A stretch of 64,000 nt of DNA from positions 1,662-65,661 of the forward strand of contig JBHOQN010000026.1 in assembly GCA_042408965.1 (NCBI GenBank), written 5' to 3'. The translations under genes and the position numbers were made by a program. Positions 45,487-54,836 of this stretch are shown here, piece by piece; position 1 is the first letter of the stretch, and every line of letters begins with the position of its first letter. The notes below the pieces were generated by a model. That model was given only the letters and a program-made list of their open reading frames with translations, did no database searches and was not told the origin of the DNA. The DNA comes from Ktedonobacteraceae bacterium. Lineage in GTDB: Bacteria > Chloroflexota > Ktedonobacteria > Ktedonobacterales > Ktedonobacteraceae.

Positions 45487-47781
45487 TCAGATCCATGATA
45501 GCTTGAAGCGTGCGAGCAGACGTTTGACCGGCCCCAGCTCTTCGATCTTGAGCAAGCGGGCGGCACGCAGGTAGACTACCAGGCCCACCAGCAGTTCGAT
45601 ACAGAGCTTAAAGAGCGCCACAAAGATATGGAAGAGGCCGCCCTGGGCGAACATCGGGCGCGCAGGGTTAGTCGTATTCAGGAGAAAATCGAGGATGCTG
45701 CGTACAATCCAGACCGTCGCTCCCATGGCCAGTGTCGCCAGGACGACACGCCCGATGAAGATCCCCAGCTCGCGAGTGATCAGAGCGCCGATGCGCTGGT
45801 GAATCAGGCACAGCAAGACCGTTGCTTCCAGCAGCCCGGCGATAGAGGTAGAGAGGGCCAGCGCTCCCATACCCCATTCAGGCCCCCAGAGGCGGGCGAA
45901 AGCATTGATCAGCAGAAGCCCCAGAGCGATTTTAAAGATGAACTGCCCCACGCTGACGATCACCGGCGTCTTGCTATCGCGCAGCGCGTAGAACGAGCGC
46001 GTCAGAATCTCCACTGCCGCCTGCCCGGCCAGACCGACGGCGAACATCGAGAGCGGAATCGCCGTGATCTCCGCACTGTTGAGGTCGAAGGCGCCATGCT
46101 GGTAGAGCGTCTGAATGATCGTCAGTGCCAGGACGATCAGGCCCAGGCTCGAGGGAATGGAGAGAAAGAGAATACTGCGCAGCGTCTCCATGATGATACC
46201 CCGCGCCCGTTCCAGGCGGCCCCGCGCCACATATTCAGCGATCGTAGGGAAGGCCGCCGTCGAGATCGACATGCCGAAGATGCCCAGAGGGAGCAGCATC
46301 AGCGTGAAGCCATAGTAATACGCTGTGATGAAGCCCAGAACAGCCTGCTGAGCGTCGGCGCCATTCACGATCAGCGCTCCCAGCAGCAGGATCAGCGCGC
46401 GGTCCACAAAGGTCGTCGTCGAGAGCATCGCCGCGTTAATGATGCGCGGGATCATCTGGCGACCGATCTGCTGCACGCCCGGATGGCGCCAGTCAAACGA
46501 GGGCTTGAAGCGCATCCCGACCCTGGCCAGGCCGGGGAGCTGAATCACCACCTGCAGCAGGGCTCCAAGCACCACGCCGGCGCTGGCGCAGTAGACGGCA
46601 ACGCTCGGATTGCGATGCCCGATGATGGCCAGAAAGAGGCCCGGCAGAAGACCGATGATCAAGCCGACATTATAGAGCACCGTGCCCAGTGCGTAGAGAG
46701 TGAAGTGTTGTTGTGCGTTGAGCACGGCGCTGACGATCACGCCGCTGCCCAGGATGACCGCCTGGAAGAGCATGATGCGCGTCAAAGAGATGATCAGGCT
46801 CATCTCGGCGGGGCCGACGCCAGGGTTATAGAGCGGAACGATCTGGTTGGCGAAGGCAAAGCCGATCAGAGCGATGACCAGCATGATGGTCGTGGCCAGC
46901 GTCAGAGCGGTATTCGCGACGTGCCAGGCGGTCTTCTCATCGCGGTCCGTCACCATATAGCGGGTGAAGACAGGGATGAAGGCCGAGCTGAGAGCGCCGC
47001 CAGCGACAATGTTAAAGATCGTGTCCGGCAGGAGAAAGGCCTGGTAGAAGGCTCCCGAGGTCGGGTCTGTTCCGAAGACGGCGGCGAACATCGAGGAGCG
47101 GAGCAGACCGAGAATGCGGCTGGCCACAAAGGCGCCCGTCAGGATGACGGCGGCGTGGCGCACCTGCACCCGCCGCAGCATGGCGGTGTCCTGCGATGGC
47201 TCCGAGGCTGGCTGCAGCCCCGAAGCGGCGCCGCCTGCAGCCACTCCGGCGCTGGCATCTGGCGACATCTGCCGTGGTTGGACAGTCTGAAGCTGACCCG
47301 ATGGCACCTTACTGGCACGTCCGCCCAGGGGACCGGAGAGCGGGCCTCCCACAGGCAGGCCTGCTGGCAGGGGCTGAGAGGTGAAGGAGGCTCCCCGGCT
47401 CTCTCCCTGGCGTTTGAAGAGCCTGCGCTGGAGCAGTTCGCTCAGATCGGGCTGCTGCATGCGGCGCTGCTGACGACGCAGACGCTCCTCGCGTAGCTGT
47501 TGCAGCCGCGCCTGGCGGAGCACTGGCAGGGGTTGCGAGGGCTGTGGAGCATCGGCGTAGAGGTACTCCATGCCCTGGCCATAGCCCAGCGATGTTCCCA
47601 TGTCGCGCAACGGCTCCTGATAGTGGGGAGGAAACTGGGGCGGAACCCGTCCGGCTGGAGACACCGGTGGCGGATACACGGGCTGCTGCGGCGTTGGCGA
47701 GGCCGGCGCTGATCCCGCTGGCTGCTCCTGATCGTACTGCCAGCCGTAGTAAGGGGATTGTTGGTTGATGTCGTCTGCCAT
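45487..47781 (-). CDS. murJ: MurJ/MviN lipid II flippase with about 200-aa Pro/Gln-rich N-terminal extension
   Basis: SRILGLLR, GGALSSAFIP, LPLGIFGMSISTAAFP, TRSFYALRDSKTP and GALALSTS motifs. Confidence 0.9.
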   Translation of the reverse strand: MADDINQQSPYYGWQYDQEQPAGSAPASPTPQQPVYPPPVSPAGRVPPQFPPHYQEPLRDMGTSLGYGQGMEYLYADAPQPSQPLPVLRQARLQQLREERLRRQQRRMQQPDLSELLQRRLFKRQGESRGASFTSQPLPAGLPVGGPLSGPLGGRASKVPSGQLQTVQPRQMSPDASAGVAAGGAASGLQPASEPSQDTAMLRRVQVRHAAVILTGAFVASRILGLLRSSMFAAVFGTDPTSGAFYQAFLLPDTIFNIVAGGALSSAFIPVFTRYMVTDRDEKTAWHVANTALTLATTIMLVIALIGFAFANQIVPLYNPGVGPAEMSLIISLTRIMLFQAVILGSGVIVSAVLNAQQHFTLYALGTVLYNVGLIIGLLPGLFLAIIGHRNPSVAVYCASAGVVLGALLQVVIQLPGLARVGMRFKPSFDWRHPGVQQIGRQMIPRIINAAMLSTTTFVDRALILLLGALIVNGADAQQAVLGFITAYYYGFTLMLLPLGIFGMSISTAAFPTIAEYVARGRLERARGIIMETLRSILFLSIPSSLGLIVLALTIIQTLYQHGAFDLNSAEITAIPLSMFAVGLAGQAAVEILTRSFYALRDSKTPVIVSVGQFIFKIALGLLLINAFARLWGPEWGMGALALSTSIAGLLEATVLLCLIHQRIGALITRELGIFIGRVVLATLAMGATVWIVRSILDFLLNTTNPARPMFAQGGLFHIFVALFKLCIELLVGLVVYLRAARLLKIEELGPVKRLLARFKLSWI

Positions 47782-48210
47782 CCAGTTGCTGGTCCTCTTA
47801 CTGATTGAATATACCGTTCACGCCGCCAGTGTCTCGCGGCTTCCTTCTAGAGGATAACAGGTTATTGCGACAAGTCAATACCTTTGACTGATCCATGCCA
47901 GTCTTTTCACCCTTTTGGGTGAGAAGGCCTGCGCCAGCATGTCCACTCCCGCGCCTGGTGGGGAGGGTCGATGATCTGGCTGGAGAGCCTGGGGTAGCCT
48001 GGTCTGGCCTGACATCGCACGAGGACTAGGAGATAGGTCTGCTGGTCTGTGGCCTTCTTGAGCGTCTGAGCGTTATCCTGTTATCATGGTACAGCTGCGC
48101 TCGGCACGAGCGAGGCAGTAGCCTGCAGACGCGAGCGCGTACAACTCAGGATTCCCTTGCTTATGCTGCTTCTTTCGAGAAGGCTATTTTCGCATCGCTG
48201 AGGTAGACAG

Positions 48211-49284
48211 ATGGACGATTTACACGCCGTGATCTTAGCTGGTGGGAGTGGAACACGGCTCTGGCCGCTGAGTACCCCCGAGTTTCCCAAGCAATTTCTT
48301 CCTCTACCGAGCGGCCGGAGTATGATTCAGGAGACGCTGGCGCGCATTCACACGCTGGTTGAGAGGGAGCGTCTGTGGGTGGTGACGGGGCGAGCCTTTG
48401 GTGATCTGGTACGTCAGCATCTGCCAGAGGTGCCTGGCGAGCATATCCTGCAGGAGCCGCAGGGACGCAATACAGCCCCGGCCATCGCCTGGGCGGCGCT
48501 GATGATCGCGCGCCAGAATCCAGCGGCCAGCATGGCAGTCTTTCCCGCCGATCATGTGATCACCAGGATTGAGCCGTTCCAGCGCGCGATCAGGCTCGGC
48601 TATCAGCTGGCGCAGCGGGGCTATCTTGTCACATGGGGCATCAAGCCAGTTGAGCCTGCCACGGGCTACGGCTATATCCGTTATGCCGCGCCTGTGGCCG
48701 AGGGCTATGGGCATCAGGCCTTCCGCGCCGAGCAATTCGTAGAGAAGCCTGATCTGCAGACGGCGCAGCGCTATCTGGCGGATGGCCACTACGTCTGGAA
48801 CAGTGGCATGTTCGTCTGGAGCGTGGACACCATCCTGGCTGAGTTGCAGCGGCATTTGCCGCAGGTGACCCATGATGTCAGGACCATCGTTGAGGCAGCC
48901 GGCACGCCACGCGAGCGCAGCCTGCTGGATGAGCGCTGGCCAGGGTTGACCGCGATCTCCATCGATTATGGCGTGCTGGAGAAGACCGATCGACTGGTCG
49001 TCATTCCCGTCGATATCGGTTGGAATGATGTGGGCAACTGGGAGCAGTATGGAGCGCTCTACGCAGCCGATGGCCAGGGGTTGCGCAGTGTCGGTCATCA
49101 TGTGGCGCTGGGAAGCCAGAACGTCTTTGTCTATAACAGCACCGGGCGGCAGGTCTATACCATCGGCCTGGAGGATGTGATCGTTGTCGAGATGGACGAT
49201 AAAACGCTCATCTGCCATAAGAACTATGTGCAACGAGTCAAAGAGATCGCCGAGGCCCAACAGAAAGCTGTCGAGCAGCGATAA
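48211..49284 (+). CDS. manC: Mannose-1-phosphate guanylyltransferase
   Basis: LAGGSGTRLWPLS, PKQF, EPQGRNTAPA, PADH, TGYGYI, FVEKP, WNSGMF, SIDYGVLEK and WNDVG motifs. Confidence 0.95.
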   Translation: MDDLHAVILAGGSGTRLWPLSTPEFPKQFLPLPSGRSMIQETLARIHTLVERERLWVVTGRAFGDLVRQHLPEVPGEHILQEPQGRNTAPAIAWAALMIARQNPAASMAVFPADHVITRIEPFQRAIRLGYQLAQRGYLVTWGIKPVEPATGYGYIRYAAPVAEGYGHQAFRAEQFVEKPDLQTAQRYLADGHYVWNSGMFVWSVDTILAELQRHLPQVTHDVRTIVEAAGTPRERSLLDERWPGLTAISIDYGVLEKTDRLVVIPVDIGWNDVGNWEQYGALYAADGQGLRSVGHHVALGSQNVFVYNSTGRQVYTIGLEDVIVVEMDDKTLICHKNYVQRVKEIAEAQQKAVEQR

Positions 49285-49320
49285 GCCAGTCCGCCGCCCG
49301 CTGCGTGCTGATGAAGCGGA

Positions 49321-49350
49321 GGAGATGCCTGAGCGCTGCTCAGCATCTCC
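49321..49350. terminator. Hairpin between convergent manC and the small membrane gene
   Basis: GGAGATG(C)CTGAGC-GCT-GCTCAG-CATCTCC. Confidence 0.6.
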
Positions 49351-49387
49351 CTGCTTCTGGCGTGTCTGGTAGTCGCTGCTGCACTGG

Positions 49388-49753
49388 CTAGTCGCGTCGC
49401 TCGCGGTACTCGCGGTAGCCACGGTAGTAGCGATGGCGATGGCGCCAGCGCTGGTAGGTCACCAGATGCCAGACGGTCAGCAAGATCGCCCCTCCGACAA
49501 GCGCCTGGGCGAGGGCAATCTGCTCGCCGAAGATGGTCACCTCGCTGCCCACCCGTATGGGTAAGATCACAGCGATCAGGATACCAATAAAGGCGCAGAG
49601 CACTGCGCCCAGAATGCCGTAGGGTAGACGCCAGCCGATGATCGTCTCCGCGATAATGCCCATGATCACAGCAATCGCGAGGTAGATCAGATGGGCAAGG
49701 GTCACCGTGAAGACGGCGAAGTCGGCGAGTGGCAGGGGTACTGTCGATATCAC
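49388..49753 (-). CDS. Small membrane protein, GlsB/YeaQ/YmgE (transglycosylase-associated)-like, with Arg/Tyr-rich tail
   Basis: AVIMGIIAETIIG...GILGAVLCAFIG, ALVGGAILL; GTG start after GGAGG. Confidence 0.65.
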   Translation of the reverse strand: MISTVPLPLADFAVFTVTLAHLIYLAIAVIMGIIAETIIGWRLPYGILGAVLCAFIGILIAVILPIRVGSEVTIFGEQIALAQALVGGAILLTVWHLVTYQRWRHRHRYYRGYREYRERRD

Positions 49754-49835
49754 GCTGGTCTCCTCCAGAGCAAGATCGTCTCTCTCACATATATTAACTT
49801 CAACCATTCGCGGGCTGTAACATCGATCTCGCCAT

Positions 49836-49875
49836 CTCCGAGGATATTCAGCAGACTCCGAGGATATTCAGCAGA
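49836..49875. repeat. Perfect 20-bp tandem duplication (CTCCGAGGATATTCAGCAGA)x2
   Basis: Direct reading; lies in the divergent promoter region. Confidence 0.9.
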
Positions 49876-50021
49876 AGAACGCAGAAAGTCGAGGCGTGTC
49901 GCAGGACGAAGACCGCGTACTGTGTTATAATGGAAAGCAGATTGTGTGTCTGTGATCTGACATGGTGATTGAAAAGCAGATGTCCGGCTTCTGAGCGCGT
50001 TTTGAAAGGCAATCTCCAGAG

Positions 50022-51680
50022 ATGCTCTCCGAACAACCTGTACTTGGCTCACACGTAATGGTCTCCTGCGCACACTACCTGGCGACTCAGGCTGGCCTGC
50101 AGGTCCTACAACGTGGGGGAAACGCCGTTGATGCCGCTGTCGCCGCCAATCTCGCCATGACGGTGGTCTATCCCTCGACCTGCTCGGCCGGTGGAGACGT
50201 CTTTATGCTCATCTGGGAGGCGCAGACGGGGCGCTTGCATGCCCTGAATGGCAGTGGGCGTGCGCCCCGTGGCATGACTCCTGAAGCCTTTGCTGCCAGA
50301 GGACTGCGTGAGATTCCCACAGCTGGGCCTCTCCCAATTACCGTGCCCGGCGCAGTCGATGGCTGGTTTGAGGCGCTGGAGCGCTTTGGACGCCTGGCCC
50401 CGGCTGAGGTGTTTGCCCCCGCCATTGCCTATGCTGAGGAGGGTGTGCCGGTCACCGCCAGGCTGGCGTCCTGGCTGAGCCGCGCGGCCGAACCGCTCTT
50501 ACGGCGCTGGGAGACCACCGCGCAGATCTTTCTGCCGGAGGGCAGGCCACCACGCAGCGGCGAGATTCTGCGCCAGCCAGCGCTGGCCCGTACCTATCGC
50601 CTGCTGGCGAACGAGGGGCGTGAGGCCTTCTATGAGGGCCCGCTGGCCAGAAGCATCACCGACTATGTGCAGCGCTGTGGAGGCGTCCTGAGCCTCGAAG
50701 ATATGCAGGGACGCCACGCCGACTGGGTCAGCCCCATCTCGACGACCTATCGGGGCTACGAGGTGGTTGAATTTCCTCCCAACTCTCAGGGCATTGCGGC
50801 CCTGGAGATGCTGAATATCCTCGAAGGCTATGATCTGAAGGCCCTCGGCTACCAGACGCCTGAGACCATCCATCTGCTTGTCGAGGCCAAAAAGCTGGCT
50901 TTCGCCGATCGTGATCGCTATGTCTCTGATCCGGCGTTTCTCCCTGTCCCGCTGGAGCGTTTGCTGAGCAAAGCGTATGCCGAAGAGCAGCGAGCGCGCA
51001 TCAATCGCTCCAGTGCAGCACCCTTCGTCGCGGCCGGCCGCGAGCACGATGGAGATACCATGTATCTCTGTGTCGTGGATCAGGAGGGCACCATTGTCTC
51101 GCTGATCCAGAGCCTCTTCTACAGCTGGGGAAGCGGCATCGTCGGTGGTGACACTGGTGTGCTGCTGCACAATCGCGGTGCCTATTTCTCGCTTGATCCT
51201 CGCCATGTGAACTATCTGCAGCCGCACAAGCGCACCATGCATACACTGACCCCGGCGCTCGTCTTACACGAGGGTCAGCCTTCAATCGTGCTGGGAACGA
51301 TGGGTGCCGATGCGCAACCGCAGGTCCATGTGCAGCTACTGACCGATATCATTGATTTTGGCCTCAATGTGCAACAGGCGATCAATGCTCCTCGCTGGCG
51401 CAGCGGACGCATCCTGCGTGGACACCAGGGGGAGATGCTGCAGGGTCAGCACGGCGCTCATCCGGAGAGTGAGCGTGGGGCAATCGAGGTAGTGGCCCTG
51501 GAGCAGCGTTTCCCCACAGCCGTCGCGCTGGGTCTGGAGATGCTGGGCCATCGGGTAGTCGTCTGGGGACCGTGGGAGGATGGCATGGGCCATGCCCAGG
51601 CCATTCAGATTGCCAGGCAGCCGCGGGTGCTACAGGGTGCTGCTGATCCCCGTTGTGATGGGCTGGCGCTGGGCTGGTAG
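50022..51680 (+). CDS. ggt: Gamma-glutamyltransferase
   Basis: GGNAVDAA, AGGD, VPGAVDGW, PPNSQG, nucleophile DT(MY), NRG, KRTMHTL, GTMGADAQPQ and GAADPR motifs. Confidence 0.93.
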   Translation: MLSEQPVLGSHVMVSCAHYLATQAGLQVLQRGGNAVDAAVAANLAMTVVYPSTCSAGGDVFMLIWEAQTGRLHALNGSGRAPRGMTPEAFAARGLREIPTAGPLPITVPGAVDGWFEALERFGRLAPAEVFAPAIAYAEEGVPVTARLASWLSRAAEPLLRRWETTAQIFLPEGRPPRSGEILRQPALARTYRLLANEGREAFYEGPLARSITDYVQRCGGVLSLEDMQGRHADWVSPISTTYRGYEVVEFPPNSQGIAALEMLNILEGYDLKALGYQTPETIHLLVEAKKLAFADRDRYVSDPAFLPVPLERLLSKAYAEEQRARINRSSAAPFVAAGREHDGDTMYLCVVDQEGTIVSLIQSLFYSWGSGIVGGDTGVLLHNRGAYFSLDPRHVNYLQPHKRTMHTLTPALVLHEGQPSIVLGTMGADAQPQVHVQLLTDIIDFGLNVQQAINAPRWRSGRILRGHQGEMLQGQHGAHPESERGAIEVVALEQRFPTAVALGLEMLGHRVVVWGPWEDGMGHAQAIQIARQPRVLQGAADPRCDGLALGW

Positions 51681-51836
51681 AGCAATGCCAGTGCCAGCGC
51701 TGGCGCTGGTGAGCAGCGCCTCTCTCTGTCTGTCTGTCTGTCTGCCTGATCGGCCGGCTGGCTGCCTGATCGGGGCTACCATCCCAGGTAGGTAAAAAGA
51801 GTGGGCTGCGTTAGCTGCAAGGAAGGAAGGAACATC

Positions 51837-52781
51837 ATGACTCTGCAATCTCATCGTCATGCTATCCCGATGGAGATTCTCGCCCTCTCTCGTGAGCGTG
51901 ATCTCTTGCGTCGCATGGGGAAATACGAGCGTGCCGATGCACTCAAGCGGCAGATAGAGGAGGCGGGCTTTGCCATCAAGGATAATCCGCATGGAGCCCA
52001 TCTGGTGATCCTTCCAGGGGTCGAGGTAGGGGGGCAGTTCTATCGCACCAGTCGCCAGGTGCCCTCGTTCCTCGATAGTCCCGACACCTGTACCTTCTCG
52101 CTCAACATTCTGGCCTCGAATGCCGCCGAGCAGGTGCGGCGCTGCGTCGAAAGTGTCCTGCGCTTTGCCGGCCACCACGCCCTGGAGATTGTGCTGCTGG
52201 ACAACGCTTCTCAGGATGAGACCGCGCTCTGGGCGGATGGCTTGCAGCAGCAGGAGCCGCGCCTGCTCTTTGCACGCGCCACGCGCCCGATGGGCGAGGC
52301 GGAGGCGCGCAATGTCGCTTTCAAGCTCAGCCGTGGCCGTTACATTCTCTGGCTTGACGGTAGTGTTGAGCTAACCGGCGACATCTTCGCGCCGCTCTAT
52401 GAAACGCTCGCCGATGATTCCGTGGGCGTGACCGGCTGGCAAGGCCTGTTGACCGAGGATCTGCGCCACTTTCGCTCTGCCCAGGAAGACGAGGTGGATG
52501 CCCTGGCCGACCTCTGTCTGGCCTTCAGACGCACGCTCCTCAAGGAGGTTGGCCTGCTCGACGAGCGCTATCGCTACAGGCGCTACCTGGACATCGATTT
52601 CTGCTTTGCCATCCGCGCAACCGGCGCGCGTGCAGTGGTCACGCCAGGTTTGCCACTGGTGTATACTCCTGTGGAGCGTGATGCCAGGTTCTCTGAGGCG
52701 GAGCGTGCTCGTCTGACTAGGCGCAACTTCTATCGCTTTCTGGGCCGATGGGGCCATCGCGATGACCTCCTGCGCTTCTAA
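51837..52781 (+). CDS. GT2-family glycosyltransferase with N-terminal CysRS C-terminal-like helical domain
   Basis: N-terminus RERDLLRRMGKYERADALKRQIEEAGFAIKDNPHG; GT2 motifs LDNASQD, ARNVA, LWLD, GLLDE and DIDFC. Confidence 0.8.
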   Translation: MTLQSHRHAIPMEILALSRERDLLRRMGKYERADALKRQIEEAGFAIKDNPHGAHLVILPGVEVGGQFYRTSRQVPSFLDSPDTCTFSLNILASNAAEQVRRCVESVLRFAGHHALEIVLLDNASQDETALWADGLQQQEPRLLFARATRPMGEAEARNVAFKLSRGRYILWLDGSVELTGDIFAPLYETLADDSVGVTGWQGLLTEDLRHFRSAQEDEVDALADLCLAFRRTLLKEVGLLDERYRYRRYLDIDFCFAIRATGARAVVTPGLPLVYTPVERDARFSEAERARLTRRNFYRFLGRWGHRDDLLRF

Positions 52782-52942
52782 GGCCAGTGTGAGCCGGCCG
52801 CCGAGAGCATCAGCCTGGAGCATTGCATCCCAGCCGCCAGGGGGGGCGGAGCGCTCTCTACACAGCCGGCTGACGCTCTGTGAGGAGCAGATCACTTCAT
52901 GAAGAGAGAAAGAAAGATGGTATTTCTTATCAAGGAGGCGAG

Positions 52943-54751
52943 ATGCTGCAAACATTGAAAAAACGGGGTGACATTCCCAGAGAGTATACCTGGGATCTCG
53001 AGAGTGTTTTTGCCACCAATGAGGAGTGGGAGCACGAGTATCAGGATCTGCTGCACCGCCTGCCCGATCTAGAGGCGCTCAAGGGCACCATCGCCCAGGG
53101 AGGCGAGGCACTGCTCACGGTGTTGCGCAAACGCGATGAGCTGTTCGAGCGACTGGAGGCGCTGGTCACCTATGCTTCGATGCGCAAGGATGAGGATACG
53201 ACCAGCAGCACCTATCAGGGAATGTACGACCGGGGCATGCAGCTCTATGTCCGTGCCTCTACGGCTGCCTCGTTTATTGAACCGGAGATTCTGGCAGTTC
53301 CGCAGGACGATCTTGAGCGCTTTGTGCGTGAGACGCCGGGGCTGGACCTCTACGAGCAGCAGTTGCGCGATCTCAATCGCCAGCGTCCGCATGTGCGCTC
53401 GGCCGAGATCGAGGCCGTACTTGCCGCGGCCAGCGAGATGGCCGATACACCCGATGCGATCTTCACGATGATCGATAACGCCGATCTGCGCCTTCCTACG
53501 ATCAGGGATGAGCAGGGACGCGAGGTGGAGCTGACCAAAGGGAACTATCTGGTCTTCATTCGCAGCACTGATCGCCGTGTGCGCCAGGAGGCCTTTGAGG
53601 GTTTGCATGGTGCCTTCCTCAAACAGCGCAATACTGTTGCCGCCACGCTGGCCGGACATATCAAGACAGATATCTTTTACACCCGCCAGCGTGGCTATCG
53701 CTCGGGACGTGAGCGGGCCCTGGCGCGCTACAATATTCCCGTCAGCGTCTACGATATGCTCATTGAGACTGTCAGCGAGCACCTGCCTCTACTGAATCGC
53801 TATATGCGTCTGCGCAAGCGTATGTTGCGGCTGGATGAGCTGCATATGTACGATCTCTATGTGCCGATCGTCAAAGAGACCATGAGCGAGGTCTCGTATG
53901 AGCAGGCGCGTGATACCATTCTCACCGCTCTGGCTCCCCTGGGCGCCGATTATGTGGGGGTGCTCAGGAAGGCCTTCAGCGAGCGCTGGATTGATGTCTA
54001 TGAGACCCCTGGCAAGCGTGGCGGAGCCTACAGCGGAGGGGCCTATCGCACGCGGCCCTTTATTCTGATGAATTTCCAGGGAAATCGCGATAGCATGTAC
54101 ACCCTGGCACACGAGCTGGGGCATTCACTGCACTCGTACTATACGCGCAGCCATCAACCGTTCCCCTATGGAGACTACACGATCTTTGTAGCTGAGGTTG
54201 CCTCCACACTCAACGAGGCGCTGCTGACCGAGCACCTGCTGAAGACAACCACTGATCGTGAGGAGCGGCTGGCGATTCTGAATCACTCCCTGGAGGATTT
54301 CCGCGGCACGCTCTATCGCCAGACCATGTTTGCGGAATTCGAGCACCAGATCCATGCCCTGGCTGAGCAGGGTGAGCCGCTGACCGCCGATACGCTCAGC
54401 ACGCTCTATCATGCCCTCAATGAGAAGTACTACGGGTCAGAGATCCTCATCGATGAGCTGATCGACATTGAGTGGGCACGCATTCCCCACTTCTACTACA
54501 ACTTCTATGTCTATCAGTATGCGACTGGTATCTCGGCTGCCTGTGCACTGGTACAGCAGATTCTGCAGGAGGGCCAGCCAGCGGTCGAGCGCTATCTGCA
54601 GTTTTTGCGCTCTGGCTCCTCGGATTACAGCATCGAGTTGCTCAAACGCGCTGGTGTGGATATGACGACCCCTGAGCCGGTGCGTCAGGCGCTGCGTCTG
54701 TTTGAGTCCCACCTGACGCAGATGGAGGCTTTGATCGATCAGGCCTCCTGA
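52943..54751 (+). CDS. pepF: Oligoendopeptidase F (M3B)
   Basis: YTWDLE, WIDVYETPGKRGGAYS, HELGHSLH, FVAEVAST, HFYYNFYVYQY and LKRAGVDM motifs. Confidence 0.95.
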   Translation: MLQTLKKRGDIPREYTWDLESVFATNEEWEHEYQDLLHRLPDLEALKGTIAQGGEALLTVLRKRDELFERLEALVTYASMRKDEDTTSSTYQGMYDRGMQLYVRASTAASFIEPEILAVPQDDLERFVRETPGLDLYEQQLRDLNRQRPHVRSAEIEAVLAAASEMADTPDAIFTMIDNADLRLPTIRDEQGREVELTKGNYLVFIRSTDRRVRQEAFEGLHGAFLKQRNTVAATLAGHIKTDIFYTRQRGYRSGRERALARYNIPVSVYDMLIETVSEHLPLLNRYMRLRKRMLRLDELHMYDLYVPIVKETMSEVSYEQARDTILTALAPLGADYVGVLRKAFSERWIDVYETPGKRGGAYSGGAYRTRPFILMNFQGNRDSMYTLAHELGHSLHSYYTRSHQPFPYGDYTIFVAEVASTLNEALLTEHLLKTTTDREERLAILNHSLEDFRGTLYRQTMFAEFEHQIHALAEQGEPLTADTLSTLYHALNEKYYGSEILIDELIDIEWARIPHFYYNFYVYQYATGISAACALVQQILQEGQPAVERYLQFLRSGSSDYSIELLKRAGVDMTTPEPVRQALRLFESHLTQMEALIDQAS

Positions 54752-54836
54752 GCCAGGCTGATCTGGCCAGCGTGGAGAAGAGGGGCGTCCGCCGACGTGA
54801 CGGGTGTCCCTCTTCTCGCTCTGGTCGTTGAGGCGC

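Noticed and set aside
51719-51750. (TCTG)n microsatellite after ggt
   Set aside because: Short, intergenic, with no evident link to a promoter or reading frame
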